NCBI GenBank assembly: GCA_031835245.2
Contig: JAVKOQ020000004.1
Location: 372,001-436,000 of the forward strand
Length of the DNA: 64,000 bases
Reading direction: 5' to 3'
Origin: Balamuthia mandrillaris
Taxonomy: Eukaryota
In this document: one piece after another, positions 12,527 to 24,837 of the stretch
Position numbering within the stretch: position 1 is the first letter of the stretch
How the letters are laid out: each line of letters opens with the position of its first letter
Notes under the pieces: model-generated
Told to the model about the DNA's origin: nothing
Databases searched by the model: none
What the model saw: the letters and a program-made list of their open reading frames with translations, nothing else
Made by a program: the position numbers and the translations under genes

Positions 12527-13556
12527 TCCCCTTGCATAAGGCAAGAGATCCCCAGAATCCAGCAAACTGTAGAGGTATTACTCTCCTATGCACAAAGTTG
12601 GTCTGAAATCTCATTCAACACCTTTCACTTGTGAATTTGAATAACAATTGGGAAGGCATTGAGGATGAGGGAGTAAGAGAAGTAAGAGTACACTATGTAT
12701 GTACAATGCTTACTTTTTATGTATAGATTGGTGTTGCTCTCAGAGCAAATAAACTTCTTATTACTACTACTACTACTCTCCTATGCAATGCAGCCAAGGT
12801 GTTTGAAGGAGCTATCTTGGTACAGTTGAACATACAAGCAAGAGGGCAAGAGTGGATAAGTAGTAGTCATAAGAAGTTTATTTGCTCTGAGAGCAACACC
12901 AATCTATACATAAAAAGTAAGCGATGTACATACATAGTGTACTCTTACTTCTCTTACTCCCTCAAAGTGGATAAGTAGTAATAAGAAGTTTATTTGCTCT
13001 GAGAGCAACACCAATCTATACATAAAAAGTAAGCATTGTACATACATAGTGTACTCTTACTTCTCTTACTCCCTCATCCTCAATGCCTTCCCAATTGTTA
13101 TTCAAATTCACAAGTGAAAGGTGTTGAATGAGATTTCAGACTAACTTTGTATCATCTAGCTATCCTTTTCTTTCCCTTTCCTTTCTTCTCTATTCCTTGC
13201 TATTACATTACTTCCAAAGATTGATAAAATGCAGAAGAACTTCCATGCTAGAGTGGATAAGTAATTGCCAGGGCAGATTTAGAAAAGGAAGGGGAGTTAT
13301 GGATCAAGTGTGATGGTTGAAGAAATGCCTGATGAAGAGAAGCAAAGAACATACTTATATTGCTTTGTTGGATATCAGCAAGGCATATGACATGCTTGAC
13401 CATGACATACTGGCAAGGACATTACACAAAAGGGACGCAGAAGAGGCAGCAGTGGGTATCATTACAGAGTGGTACCGTGGTAAGATGAGTGTTATTCACA
13501 TGAACAGGCAGCTCTCAGAGGAATTTCTGGTGAAAAGAGGAGTTAAGCAAGGAGGA
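12527..13556 (+). mobile_element. inverted LINE RT fragment carrying three nested 5'-truncated insertions
   Basis: RT motifs RGITLL, IALLDISKAYD, GVKQGG on the + strand, interrupted by LINE 3' ends at 12593-12773 (+), 12863-12965 (-) and 12978-13249 (-). Confidence 0.85.
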
Positions 13557-16500
13557 ATGGCCTTGATCAGCGTCCAAGTTGCATCTTGCACATGTTTACC
13601 TCCATACTTCATCATTTCCCCATCAATATTGTCCACCCCAGCTGCTTTGCCCATCCTCAATCTTTTCCTCCATGCAAGATTAAAACTCTCCTTCTTAAGC
13701 CAGTTACTACTCAACCAAGGCAGACCTTCTGGACCTGCTTCCTCTTGATGCAAGCTCCCAATGGAAGAATCCTTCCTTCCCAGCTTTGTCCAATGTTCCC
13801 ATGCTACCAAACCATCTCATTGCACAATCCCACAATCCTTTTTTCCACTTGCTCCAAAGATCTTCAACAGTAGCTGCTCCCTCCCATGTTTTCTTGACCA
13901 TGGCCTTCCATTCCTCTCCTTTGAAGAAACACTTGCACCCACATTTGTACTCCCTCCACCTCCTTTTGTGATCTTCCTCTGAGTAGGACTTCCACATCCA
14001 TTGTTCCATCCAAACCCCATCACAATTATCTGCTGAGTCCTTCAACTCGACTATCTGTGGTCGATGATCAGTCCATGCTTGCCATCCGTCACCAACTACC
14101 TTGCCCATCCATCTCCATGCTACCACATAGTCCACAATGCTCTTTTGTTTTCCAGCTCTCCATGTAAATACTGGCATTTCCTCTTGGAGCTGAGGCAACA
14201 AGAGCGCCAGCCTTTTGAAAGACTCCATCAACACCTTTCCTCTTGTGTTGTAAGTAGATTCACCTCTACCATTCCATCCCTTTCCAACCCTGGCATTCCA
14301 ATCACCTCCAATAATCAGGGGTCTTCCTTCCTTGACTATGTCCAGGATTCTTTTCTCAATCACAGCCAAGGTACCTCCTGGAGGGAGATACACTATACTG
14401 ATTATGAAGAAGCAACTCTGTTCTGCCAGTTCCACCCAAGTGGAGTTGGGCATTCGCCACTCTTTCATTTCTCTGATGTTCCCCCTGAAGCCTTCTCAAA
14501 CAAAGACCTGCACCACCCTGTTCATAGCCACTCCTCCCTGGAGCAGCCCCTCCACCCATCCACCAATACCCCTCCAAGTGAGGGACAACCATCCTCCTAT
14601 GTTTGCACACTCCAATAATGTCAAATTGCTTACTGTCAGCCCAACAGCTGACCAATTCCTCTTGTCCCCAGCCCCTAGAGTTGACAAATGCTACTTAAAG
14701 TCATTGGGTCTCCTCCCCTTCCTCCTCCACAATGTCAGACCAGTTGGCAGTACCATGATACTCCTCCTCAGCCAGCATAATGCCTGAGAGTTCCAATGAG
14801 CTGTCCAAAGCCACTGTTCCAACATTCTCCTGGTGGGTAAAAGCATACAGCCTGGCTCTTTCTGCAATAATGTCTTCGGCAGCCTTGGCTGTTTCCAAAG
14901 TAACTCCCCAATGCTGTGTGCCATTCTTCTCTCCTACTTTCCACACTCTGACATGCTTGAGCCCCAGCTTGAAGATCCTCTCGCATACCTGTTCCTTCTT
15001 AAGGTCCTTACTGCTCACCACAATTGATCTGCCCTCCACAGCCCCTATCTTGGAGTAGACTGGCAAAGCCATACTTTGGTTTTACTGTAAACCAATAGTT
15101 CGAGTTGGTTACTGTATCTTTGGTCCATGTCCTCCTGGAGTTATCCTGCCAACATATCCCTTGTTCCTTTGCCATTTCTTCCTTCCAGTATTCCAAGCTT
15201 GGTGCACTAACTGTAGTGCTGTTGGAGGGAAATTCCTTTCCACAGTAATTATATCACACCATGGAGCTGATCCAACCACCTCTGCATAAGACTGTTGGGA
15301 ACTCAGAGTAAGGCCGCCTTTAGTAGTAATAAAAGTTTATTTGCTCTGAGAGCAACACCAATCTATACATAAAAAGTAAGCATTGTACATACATAGTGTA
15401 CTCTTACTTCTCTTACTCCCTCATCCTCAATGCCTTCCCAATTGTTACTCAATTCACAAGTGAAAGGTGTTGAATGAGATTTCAGACCAACTTTGTATCA
15501 TCTAGCTATCCTTTTCTTTCCCTTTCCTTTCTTCTCTTTTCCTTGCTATTACATTACTTCCAAAGATTGATAAAATGCAGAAGAACTTCCATGCTTCCAA
15601 CTTGCTCTTGCTGCCCATAATCTCCAGACTCGTTTACAACTTTGCTTACATTGTTCCATCTCTTGAGCTCTGTTACATTTCTTTCCACTTGACAGGAGGT
15701 TTGTTGTACAGTCTTCTATAATCAGCTTTCTGACTTGTTCTTCATTTCCATTGTCCACACTCCAGATTCTAAAGCGATCTTCCCAAAGGTTAGGACACCT
15801 TAACAGGAAGTGTTCCGCTGTTTCTTCCTCAGCATCACATGCAGGGCACTTGCTATCCTCCTCAGACTGCTGAATGGCTCCCCACTTTTTTCCAATGGGC
15901 AGTCCACCACAACGAATAGCATTCATCAAACGTTCTTTCCTTGGGTTGGTAATCACTAAGCTCCGTTGTTGTCCAACCAAACATCTTCCATTTGTCAAGA
16001 AGTTATGCCATAGCCATGCTCTTGTTCCTCTTTCTCCTTCAGCTGCATACTCCACCTTGGCTACTCGAGTTAAGGCCCTCATCCTCTTGGCTTTCTTTTC
16101 AACAACAGTCGTCCCGTCACCTCCCTCACCTTCATTCTTCTCCCCTTCCTCTTCACTTGCTTGGCTTACCTCTTCAAGTAGCTCAAAGTGGCCATCTTGC
16201 CTCTCAGCATGATGAATTACTGCTTGTCTTTCCAACTCACAGTAGGCCTTGATGGTCAACCAGCCCAATTCTGCTCTACAAACCCCCGCCACAGTCCTTC
16301 GATGAACTTGCAATACGCTTCTTGCTGTCTCATTCCACACAGCTTCGATCTTCTTCCACCATGATTTGGAAAGCTCTGTCATACATAGTCCATATGACAA
16401 GGTAGACTTGACAATAGCCTCTGCAGCAATCTGGGCAGTGCGTGTACCAAGGCCTTGGGCAATGGCTCCCTGCTGCCTAAGGCTGTAGAGGGCTTGCTTG

Positions 16501-17240
16501 GCCTTGGTGATCCTCTCCTTGGCATGAGTTGTCCATTCCCCACTTTCTTCAAACCACTGTCCCAGGTACTTGGCAAGGCCGCCTTTAGTACTATTTGCAC
16601 TTCCTTTTTCCTCCACCAAAAGATTATTGATCTCCTTGTCAAGAGATTCAATCAGGTCCCTGAATCATACAATCACTGCAAGTGAGAGTACGCCTGCCTT
16701 GGAGAGCTTACCACACTCACAAGAATCACGGCTAATACAATCAAACAGCAGCACCACTTGACTGTTGGTTTGCTCCTTAATGCTATCTGCACTGACTGAG
16801 TCAGAATCAATCTTCCCCTTGGGCACAACACTGGTCCCTTCCTCTCAGCAGGGTGAATCCACTATTGAGTTACACTGATCCTCTGCCCCTCTGTTGTCCT
16901 CCTCCTTTTGGTTAACCCTGGGAGAAGAAATCTTGACTGTGGTAGTATTCAAGTGCCCATACTTTTCCACTACCAACTTGAACATTTCCTCCAAAAACTG
17001 ATTTAGCTTGTTCCCTTTGACAAAACACTCTGGGATCTTTGCCTCTTTTTGCACAGCTTGCAAAGCGAGCTTTCATGAACAATTACCGTTTAGGGTCCCC
17101 AGTCTAAGACGTTCCTTCATGGCCAGATCCACCCATTGACATAGGACCTCTTCCCTCTCCTTGACAATTCAGTGCTCTTGTGTGGCAGAGTCCTATTTTT
17201 CCGCATTTTTTTCCTTCTTTTGACAACACTATATGATCCC
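13557..17240 (-). mobile_element. LINE copy A (ORF1 C-part, APE endonuclease, start of RT), decayed and 5'-truncated
   Basis: IIGGDWNARVG, SIVDYVV, WTDHRP (APE) and KAAGVDNIDGEMMK (RT); colinear with 18484-21350. Confidence 0.9.
15326..16574 (-). mobile_element. 5'-truncated LINE copy inserted into ORF1 of copy A
   Basis: Runs from KYLG to the CPACDAEEETAEHFLLRCP zinc finger, 3'UTR and (TAC)n tail; 16-bp TSD aaggccgcctttagta at 15310-15325 and 16575-16590. Confidence 0.92.
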
Positions 17241-17406
17241 AGGTTGCTGACTTTTTCTAAGGTCAGTACTAAAAACTCCAAAAAAAAAGGAAACCACTTT
17301 CATTTCACTTTATCTAAAACAACCAGGCTTGCTAGATGTTTGCTATCTCAAATTGTAGCATTTTGTTGTACCATATAGTGCAGCCAGCCAAAAAAAAAGG
17401 GTCTCT

Positions 17407-20400
17407 AGTAGTAATAGGAAGTTTATTTGCTCTGAGAGCAACACCAATCTATACATAAAAAGTAAGCATTGTACATACATAGTGTACTCTTACTTCTCTT
17501 ACTCCCTCATCCTCAATGCCTTCCCAATTGTTACTCAAATTCACAAGTGAAAGGTGTTGAATGAGATTTCAGACCAACTTTGTATCATCTAGCTTTTCCC
17601 TTTCCTTTCTACTCTTTTCCTTGCTTACATTACTTCCAAAGATTGATAAAATGCAGAAGAACTTCCATGCTTCCAACTTGCTCTTGCTGCCCATAATCTC
17701 CAGACTCGTTTACAACTTTGCTTACATTGTTCCATCTCTTGAGCTCTGTTACATTTCTTTCCACTTGACAGGAGCTTTGTTGTACAGTCTTCTATAATCA
17801 GCTTTCTGACTTGTTCTTCACTTCCATTGTCCACACTCCAGATTCTAAAGCGATCTTCCCAAAGGTTAGGACACCTTAACAGGAAGTGTTCTGCTGTTTC
17901 TTCCTCAGCATCACATGCAGGGCACTTGCTATCCTCCTCAGACTGCTGAATGGATCCCCACTTTTTTCCAATAGGCAGTCCACCACAGCGAATAGCATTC
18001 ATCAAACGTTCTTTCCTTGGGTTGGTAATCACTAAGCTCCGTTGTTGTCCAACCAAACATCTTCCATTTGTCAAGAAGTTATGCCATAGCCATGCTCTTG
18101 TTCCTCTTTCTCCTTCAGCTGCTCCTCTTTTGCATAAGGTCCTTGCCAGTATGTCATGGTTGAGCATGTCATATGCCTTGCTGATATCCAACAGAGCAAT
18201 ATAGGTGTGTTCTTTGCTTCTCTTCATCAGGCATTTCTTCAACCGCCACACCTGATCCATGACTCCCTTTCCTTTTCTAAATCCACCCTGGCAATTACTT
18301 ATCCACCCTTGCTCTCTTGCTTGTATGTTCAATTGTACCAAGATAGCTCCTTCAAACACCTTGGCTGCATTGCATAGGAGAGTAATACCTCTATAGTTTG
18401 CTGGATTCTGGGAATCTCCTGCCTTATGCAAGGGAATAACCACCCCCTGTTTCCACTCCTTGGGGAATATGCCTTGGTTCTCAATGGCCTTGATCAGCGT
18501 CCAAGTTGCATCTTGCACATGTTTACCTCCATACTTCATCATTTCCCCATCAATATTGTCCACCCCAGCTGCTTTGCCCATCTTCAATCTTTTCCTCCAT
18601 GCAAGATTAAAACTCTCCTTCTTAAGTCAGTTACTACCAGACCAAGGCAGTCCTTCTGGACCTGCTTCCTCTCGATGCAAGCTCCCAATGGAAGAATCCT
18701 TCCTTCCCAGCTGTGCCCAATGTTCCTTGAAGGCTGCTGTGCTATCGTGGTGCTCCATAACTGCTTTGGGCTCTGCTCTACACTTTGCCACTATCCTCCA
18801 CATGTTGCTGATCCATTTCTGCATTTCCTTGATGTTGTCTTGTCTTTTTCACTTCATCCAGTCCCATTTGTTGGCTCTCCACAACTTCACAAACCTTTTC
18901 CTGAGTTCCACAAATTCCTCTCTGGCCTTTCCATCATTCTTTCCTTCTCTTAGCCACTGAGCATGGGCTATCACTACCTGCTTGTTCAAGGATGTTAACT
19001 CTGCTGTTCACCATGGCTTCCTTGCCCTGCTCGTTGTTGCTCCTATCAGTCTCCTTTCTCTACCAAACCATCTCATTGCACAATCCCACAATCCTTTTTT
19101 CCACTTGCTCCAAAGATCTTCAACAGTAGCTGCTCCCTCCCGTGTTTTCTTGACCATGGCCTTCCATTCCTCTCCTTTGAAGAAACGCTTGCACCCGCGT
19201 TTGTACTCCCTCCACCTCCTCTTGCGATCTTCCTCCGAGTAGGACTTCCACTTCCATCGTTCCATCCAAACCCCACCGCAATTATCTGCTGAGTCCTTCA
19301 ACTCGACTACCAGTGGTTAATGATCAGTCCAAGCTTGCCATCCATCACCAACTACCTTGCCCGTCCATCTCCATGCTACCACATAGTCCACAATGCTCTT
19401 TCGTTTTTCAGCTCTTCATGTAAATACTGGTGCTTCCTCTTCGAGCTGAGGCAACAAGAGCGCCAGCCTTTTGAAAGACTCCACCAACACCTTTCCTCTC
19501 GCGTTGTAAGTAGATTCACCTCTACCATTCCATCCCTTTCCAACCCTGGTGTTCCAATCACCTCCAATAATCAGAGGTCTTCCTTCCTTGACTATGTCCA
19601 GGATTCTTTTCTCAATCGCAGCCAAGGTGACCTTAAAGTTGTCCACGGTACCTCCTGGAGGGAGATACACTATACCGATTATAAAGATGCAACTCTGTTC
19701 TGCCAGTTCCACCCAAGTGGAGTTGGGTGTTCGCCACTCTTTCCTTTCTCTGATGTTCCCCTTGAAGCCCTCTCGAACAAAGAAACCTGCGCCACCCCTT
19801 CCATAGCCACTCCTCCCTGGAGCAGCCCCTCCACCCATTCACTGATACCCCTCCAATTGAGGAACAACCATCCTCCTATGTTCACACACTCCAATAATGT
19901 CAAATTGCTTACTGTCAGCCCAACAGCTGACCAATTCCTCTTGTCCCCAGCCCCTAGAGTTGACAAACACTACTGAAGTCATTGGGCCTCCTCTCCTTCC
20001 TCCTTCACAATGTCAGACCAGTTGGCAGCATCGTGATACTCCTCCTCAGCCAGCACGATGCCTGAGAGTTCCAATGAGCTGTCCAAGGCCACTGTTCCAA
20101 CATTCTCCTCCTTTTCCTTCTTTCTTTGCTCTTTAGGCTTCCACAGCGGTTTACCTTCATTCTTGGCTTCTTCAATTCGGGCTTTGCCCACCCACCAGCA
20201 GGTAAAAGCATACAGCCTGGTTCTTTCCGCAATAATGTCTTTGGCAGCCTGGGCCATCTCCAAAGTAACTCCCCAATGCTGCGTGCCATTCTTCTCTCCT
20301 ACTTTCCACACTCCGATGTGCTTGAGCCCCAGCTCAAAGATCCTCTCGCATACCTTTTCCTTCTTAAGGTCCTTACCGCTCACCACAATCAATTGCCCTC

Positions 20401-22660
20401 CACAGCCCCTACCTTGGAGTAGGGACTGGCAAAGCCATACTTTGGTTTTACTGGAGACCAATAGTTCAGGTTGGTTACTGTATCTTTGGTCCACGTTCTC
20501 CTGTATATGTTGGAGTTATCCTGCCAACATATCCCTTGTTCCTTTGCCATTTCTTCCTTCCAGTATTCCAAGCTAGGTGTGCTAACTGTAGTTGCCGTTG
20601 GAGGGAAATTCCTTTCCACAGTAATCATATCACACCGTGGAGCTGAACCGACCACCTCCGTGTAAGACCATTGAGAACCCAGAGTAAGGCCGCCTTTGGT
20701 ACTATTTGCACTTCCTTTTTCCCTCATAAGATTATTGATCTCCTTGTCGAGGGATTCAATCAGGTCCCTGAATTGTACAATCACTGCGAGTGAGAGTACG
20801 CCTGCCTCGGAGAGCTTACCACACTCGTGAGAAACACGGCTAATACAATCAAACAGCAGCGCCACTTGACTGTTGGTTCACTCCTTAACGCTGTCTGCAC
20901 TGACTGAGTCCGAATCAATCTTCCCCTTGGGCACAACACTGGTCCCTTCCTCTCAGCGGGGCGAATCCACTACCAAGTTACACTGGTCCTGTGCCCCTCT
21001 GTTGTCCTCCTCCTTTTGGTTAACTCTGGGAGAAGGAATCTTGACTGTGGTAGTGTTCAGGTGCCCATACTTTTCCACCGCCAACTTGAACGCTTCCTCC
21101 AAAAACTGATTTAGCTAGTCCCCTTTGACAAAACACTCGGGGATCTTTGCCTCTTTTTGCACAGCTTGCAAAGCGGGCTTCCACAAACGATTACCGTTTA
21201 GGGTCCCCAGTCTAAGACGTTCCTTCATGGCCAGATCCATCCATCGATGTAGGACCTGTTCCCTCTCCTGACTGTCAATCAATTCAGTGCTCTTGCATGG
21301 CAGAGTCCTATTTTTCCACATTTTTTCTCTCTTGACAACAATATTTGTTGATCCTGTCCTTCCACCAGTACTGTCCTTCTGGGCCAGCACCTGGCTTTGG
21401 CTTCCAGACTTGCCCTTTGTGTCCCACAAAGTACCACCAAAAGTATTCTTCTTCTTACTTTGGTTGACATGTTTCTTTTTTGAGCACTTTCTTGTCCAGT
21501 GCTCTCTCGACTTGCAGTTGTAGCAAAAGGGTCATTTCTTCTTCCCATCATTGCTTGAACTGCTGTCGTTGTTTTTATCCAGTTGAGAGCTCCTTGACTG
21601 ATGGTCCAAGCTCTTCTTCACATGCTGTCATCCTTCCCAGTCTCTTGCGAGGTTCAGGGCATCAGCCATATTAGCAATGTCCTCCTGCTGAAGGAATTTC
21701 TCCTTCAGGTCTGGAACAGCTCCTGTGACAAACTTCTCCAAGACCTGAGTCTTGCTGAAATCTGTGAGGAAAGCCTCTCACAGCACTGTTCGCACTTGCA
21801 AGTTCCAAGTGTCCACAGACTCATCAACATTCATCTGAAGATTTCCAAGTGTCATGATCTTAGTGGTTGCTCAGTCATGATGCTGGAAGCAGTTGAGAAG
21901 CTGTGTTTTTGCTTCCATGGGGGTTAGTAAGATGCCACCTTTCATTCATTCTTGCTTAGCGAATGATGATGTCAGCATTATTGCAAAGTTGTCCTTCAAA
22001 GTGAAGGATATAATTCTGATGACTCCAGCCAGCAGCAGTCACATAGCAGTCAAATGAGGTCAAAAAGATGTTTGGATCCTCATTTGGCTTGCCATGGAAG
22101 GTCGGCAATGTTTCTGTGGTAAGCAGACTCTACATCAGCTGATCATGACCCAAGCTGTCACCAATGTTGTTTTTGGCCATGTGTCATCAAAAATCTTGAT
22201 GGCAGGCCGTGAGATTAAGAGTTTTTCTCTTCTTCTTCTCCTTTTCTTCCTCCTCTTCACTTAAAGACAAAGAGCTGGACCCAGAGCTGAGACTGTTATC
22301 CTTCTGTCCTTTGTCTGCAAGTTGGGTCTTGAGAAGATTTTGCATTTGAGAGATCGAGTTGTTTAAAGCTGCAAGAGCTACATTGTTGCTTTCTCTTGCT
22401 AGTTTAACGTCATTAGAGAGCACATCTGCAAAGGTTTTCAACTGTTGATCAAGATGGTCGATGTGGTCAGACAAAGAAGAAGTACTGCTAGCCTGCTTGA
22501 CCCAGAGCTTGTCTGTGGCGAAGTTCCTGACATTGTGTCACTGAACACTGCTATGAAAGTGCTCCAAGTTTCCTCCAAAAAACCCTGAGTCAGGGTATCC
22601 AAAAATAGGTTAATTACCTGAAAACTGTACTTACCAAGAAAAAAGTAAGCTGATGTCGCC
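17407..22660 (-). mobile_element. LINE copy B: ORF1 (CCHC knuckle, RRM-like) plus ORF2 (APE, RT with internal deletion, C-terminal CCHC), (TAC)n tail
   Basis: CYNCKSREHWTRKC at 21484-21525; FVNSRGWG...GVCEH...GGDWN APE; WKQGVVIPLHK...NYRGITLL...QGGFRKG...LLDISKAYD RT; stops and frameshifts present. 5' end approximate. Confidence 0.9.
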
Positions 22661-23840
22661 AAGTGTGATAAGGCTGGTAAGGGAACAACCTAATGGACAC
22701 CAACTCGATGGACATAGGGAAAAGACCTTTGATAGAATGATAAGAAGAGATATATACAAGGAGAGATAGGGATAGGTATTTTGGGAGAGTGGTATAACAA
22801 AGTTTTCCATACCTCCTCTTTGTTAGCCCTGGAGGCCCAGCAACTAACCTCAGTAGTAATTTTCATCAAAAGACCTCATTCTCAAGAAGAACAAGTGTGT
22901 TGATGGGGAATAACCCTGTGGATCAAGAAAGGGATGGCATGTAAGCGACTCTGGGTTTATTCACAAGAAAAGGGGTGTGGACCAAAGTGTGTGCTTTGAA
23001 TGTGTTGCAAGGAAAAAAGGTAAAGAAAAAATTTGGAGGTATTGGGAAGAAAGTGTTGACAGGAAGTCATAATGAAAGAAATGGTTGGTTTTCCAACAAG
23101 TAGTAGCACCCTTTAAAATTGTACAACAAGTTGCTTGCCTGCCTTTGAAAAGTAAGTTGCTTTTTTGATGTTGAAATTTTTGAGATTAATTTGAAAGGAT
23201 ATATATTCTAGAGTGACATGTCATTTTTAAGCTTTGTTTCCAGGTTTTCTATTCACCACTTACTTGAAAGATCATGCAAAATTATTAGCAACTACTGTGA
23301 GAAATAGAAACAAAGTGCAAAAAGGACTAAATACTTAGGAAAAAAGGCAACATAAAGACTTAAAAAAATCATTTTTCATTTATAAAAATTATATTAAAAA
23401 AAAAGATTTCAAAAGGGAAATCTCCTTTTTGTTGGTACAGTGTGTGTCAACATTTGTTTTTTATCAACTACCTGGATTAAAATGCCTAGTACAAACTTAT
23501 CCTTTTCTACATCAACAATGTTACTGATATTAGCTAAAGAAAGTACCTTCAAAACAAAGAAACAATAAACAAAAAATTTAGAATAGAAAGAAAAAAAGTT
23601 AAATACAGTAAAGAAAACAAAGAAAGAAGAGAAAATAGTGAAGTGAAGAAAAGAAAAGAGGGCTAATCAATGTGAAGAAGAGAAGAGAAGAGAAGAAGAG
23701 ACAAGAAGAGAGAAGACCTTATCTTCTTTTTCCTGGTTACTTTCTTTTTAAGAAAGTTTAATGAGACTCATAATGTTGGAAAACTTCAAAATAGTAGCTC
23801 TTCTTTCTGCTGAGTTCTCCTTCTGTGGTCGACCTGAGGA

Positions 23841-24102
23841 AACCTCTCATCTTCCCCTTCTTCTTGCTTGATGTTTCCTTTTCTCTCTCTTTTCCATTTT
23901 ATGCTTTGTTCTTTTATGGATCTTTCTTCTAGTTTAAATACCGCCTCTCCTTGTTTCTTTTTCTTTCCTCTTGGGACAACTTACAACCAAAATACCTTAC
24001 TTGTATTCTTTACTTGTATTTTTCACTTTAGTAAATTAAGTTCAGGTCTTGTACTTACTTTGTCTCTGCTATCATTCCTGTTCTTATATTACAACAATAA
24101 CA
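23841..24102 (+). mobile_element. SINE-like non-coding repeat, copy 3
   Basis: Inverted relative to copies 1 and 2; ends ttcttatattacaacaataaca. Confidence 0.7.
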
Positions 24103-24837
24103 GACTACCCACTGATAGGGTCTTTTCCAGCATTCTTTCATTATAGAAGTGTTTTATTGTTTCTTCTTCAAAAATAGTTTAAGAAATAATAATTTTATTT
24201 TTGTTGAGTGCTTTTTAGGATGCTTCAAACATCATTCATTTGCCTAAATTATCATTGATAATTCTAAAAAAATGATTGGTATGAAAATTGTTTATTTGAT
24301 TGATTAACAAAAAGATGAGAGAAAATGAAATATGTTCTTACTATACTATGAATCCTTAATTACTACTAAGATCATTTTTACTGAAAAGTGACTCTGTCTG
24401 CACTTTGCTCATTTGACGAGGATCACCTACTTAGAACAATAGACTGGCTATAGTTTTATACTTGTTGGTTGAAATAGGTTTTACCTTACTCAAGGCCTTT
24501 GGAAAGGACAGAAAGATAAACTGGAGAAGGAATGAAAAGGGGATAAGCTTAGTGTAATGAAGTTGAAAGGTTTATAAGGTCTTGCTTGTTGACAAACACA
24601 AAAGAAGTGAAAAGTGACTTTAAAAGTTAATAAAAAGAGAGAGACTGTCTTGTTTCTTCAAGAAGTTTAACTTGGTTTTTTGTTCCTTCAAAACTCCCAC
24701 TATTTTCCATTTTCAATTACCTCTTCACAATTGTTGGTAGAAGCATAAAAGGATGAGAATGGATAACCTATATTATATATTATAGAAGAAGCCATCATAG
24801 GAAAATGCACCTGATGGCTGGACAAAGCCCTTGCTAA

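Noticed and set aside
15549..16619. 356-aa ORF as an intact gene
   Set aside because: Chimera of host-copy ORF1/TSD sequence and a 5'-truncated ORF2 insertion.
12593..17600. Recurrent ~180-bp repeat as a CRISPR array or LTR/TIR
   Set aside because: It is the LINE 3'UTR: it follows the ORF2 stop, has a tail and TSDs, and shows variable 5' truncation.
22770..22860. Possible HDV-like ribozyme or another (TAC)n tail at the LINE 5' end
   Set aside because: GTTAG/CTAAC and GGTAT/ATACC stems are visible, but I could not complete the pseudoknot or find a TSD matching 17400.
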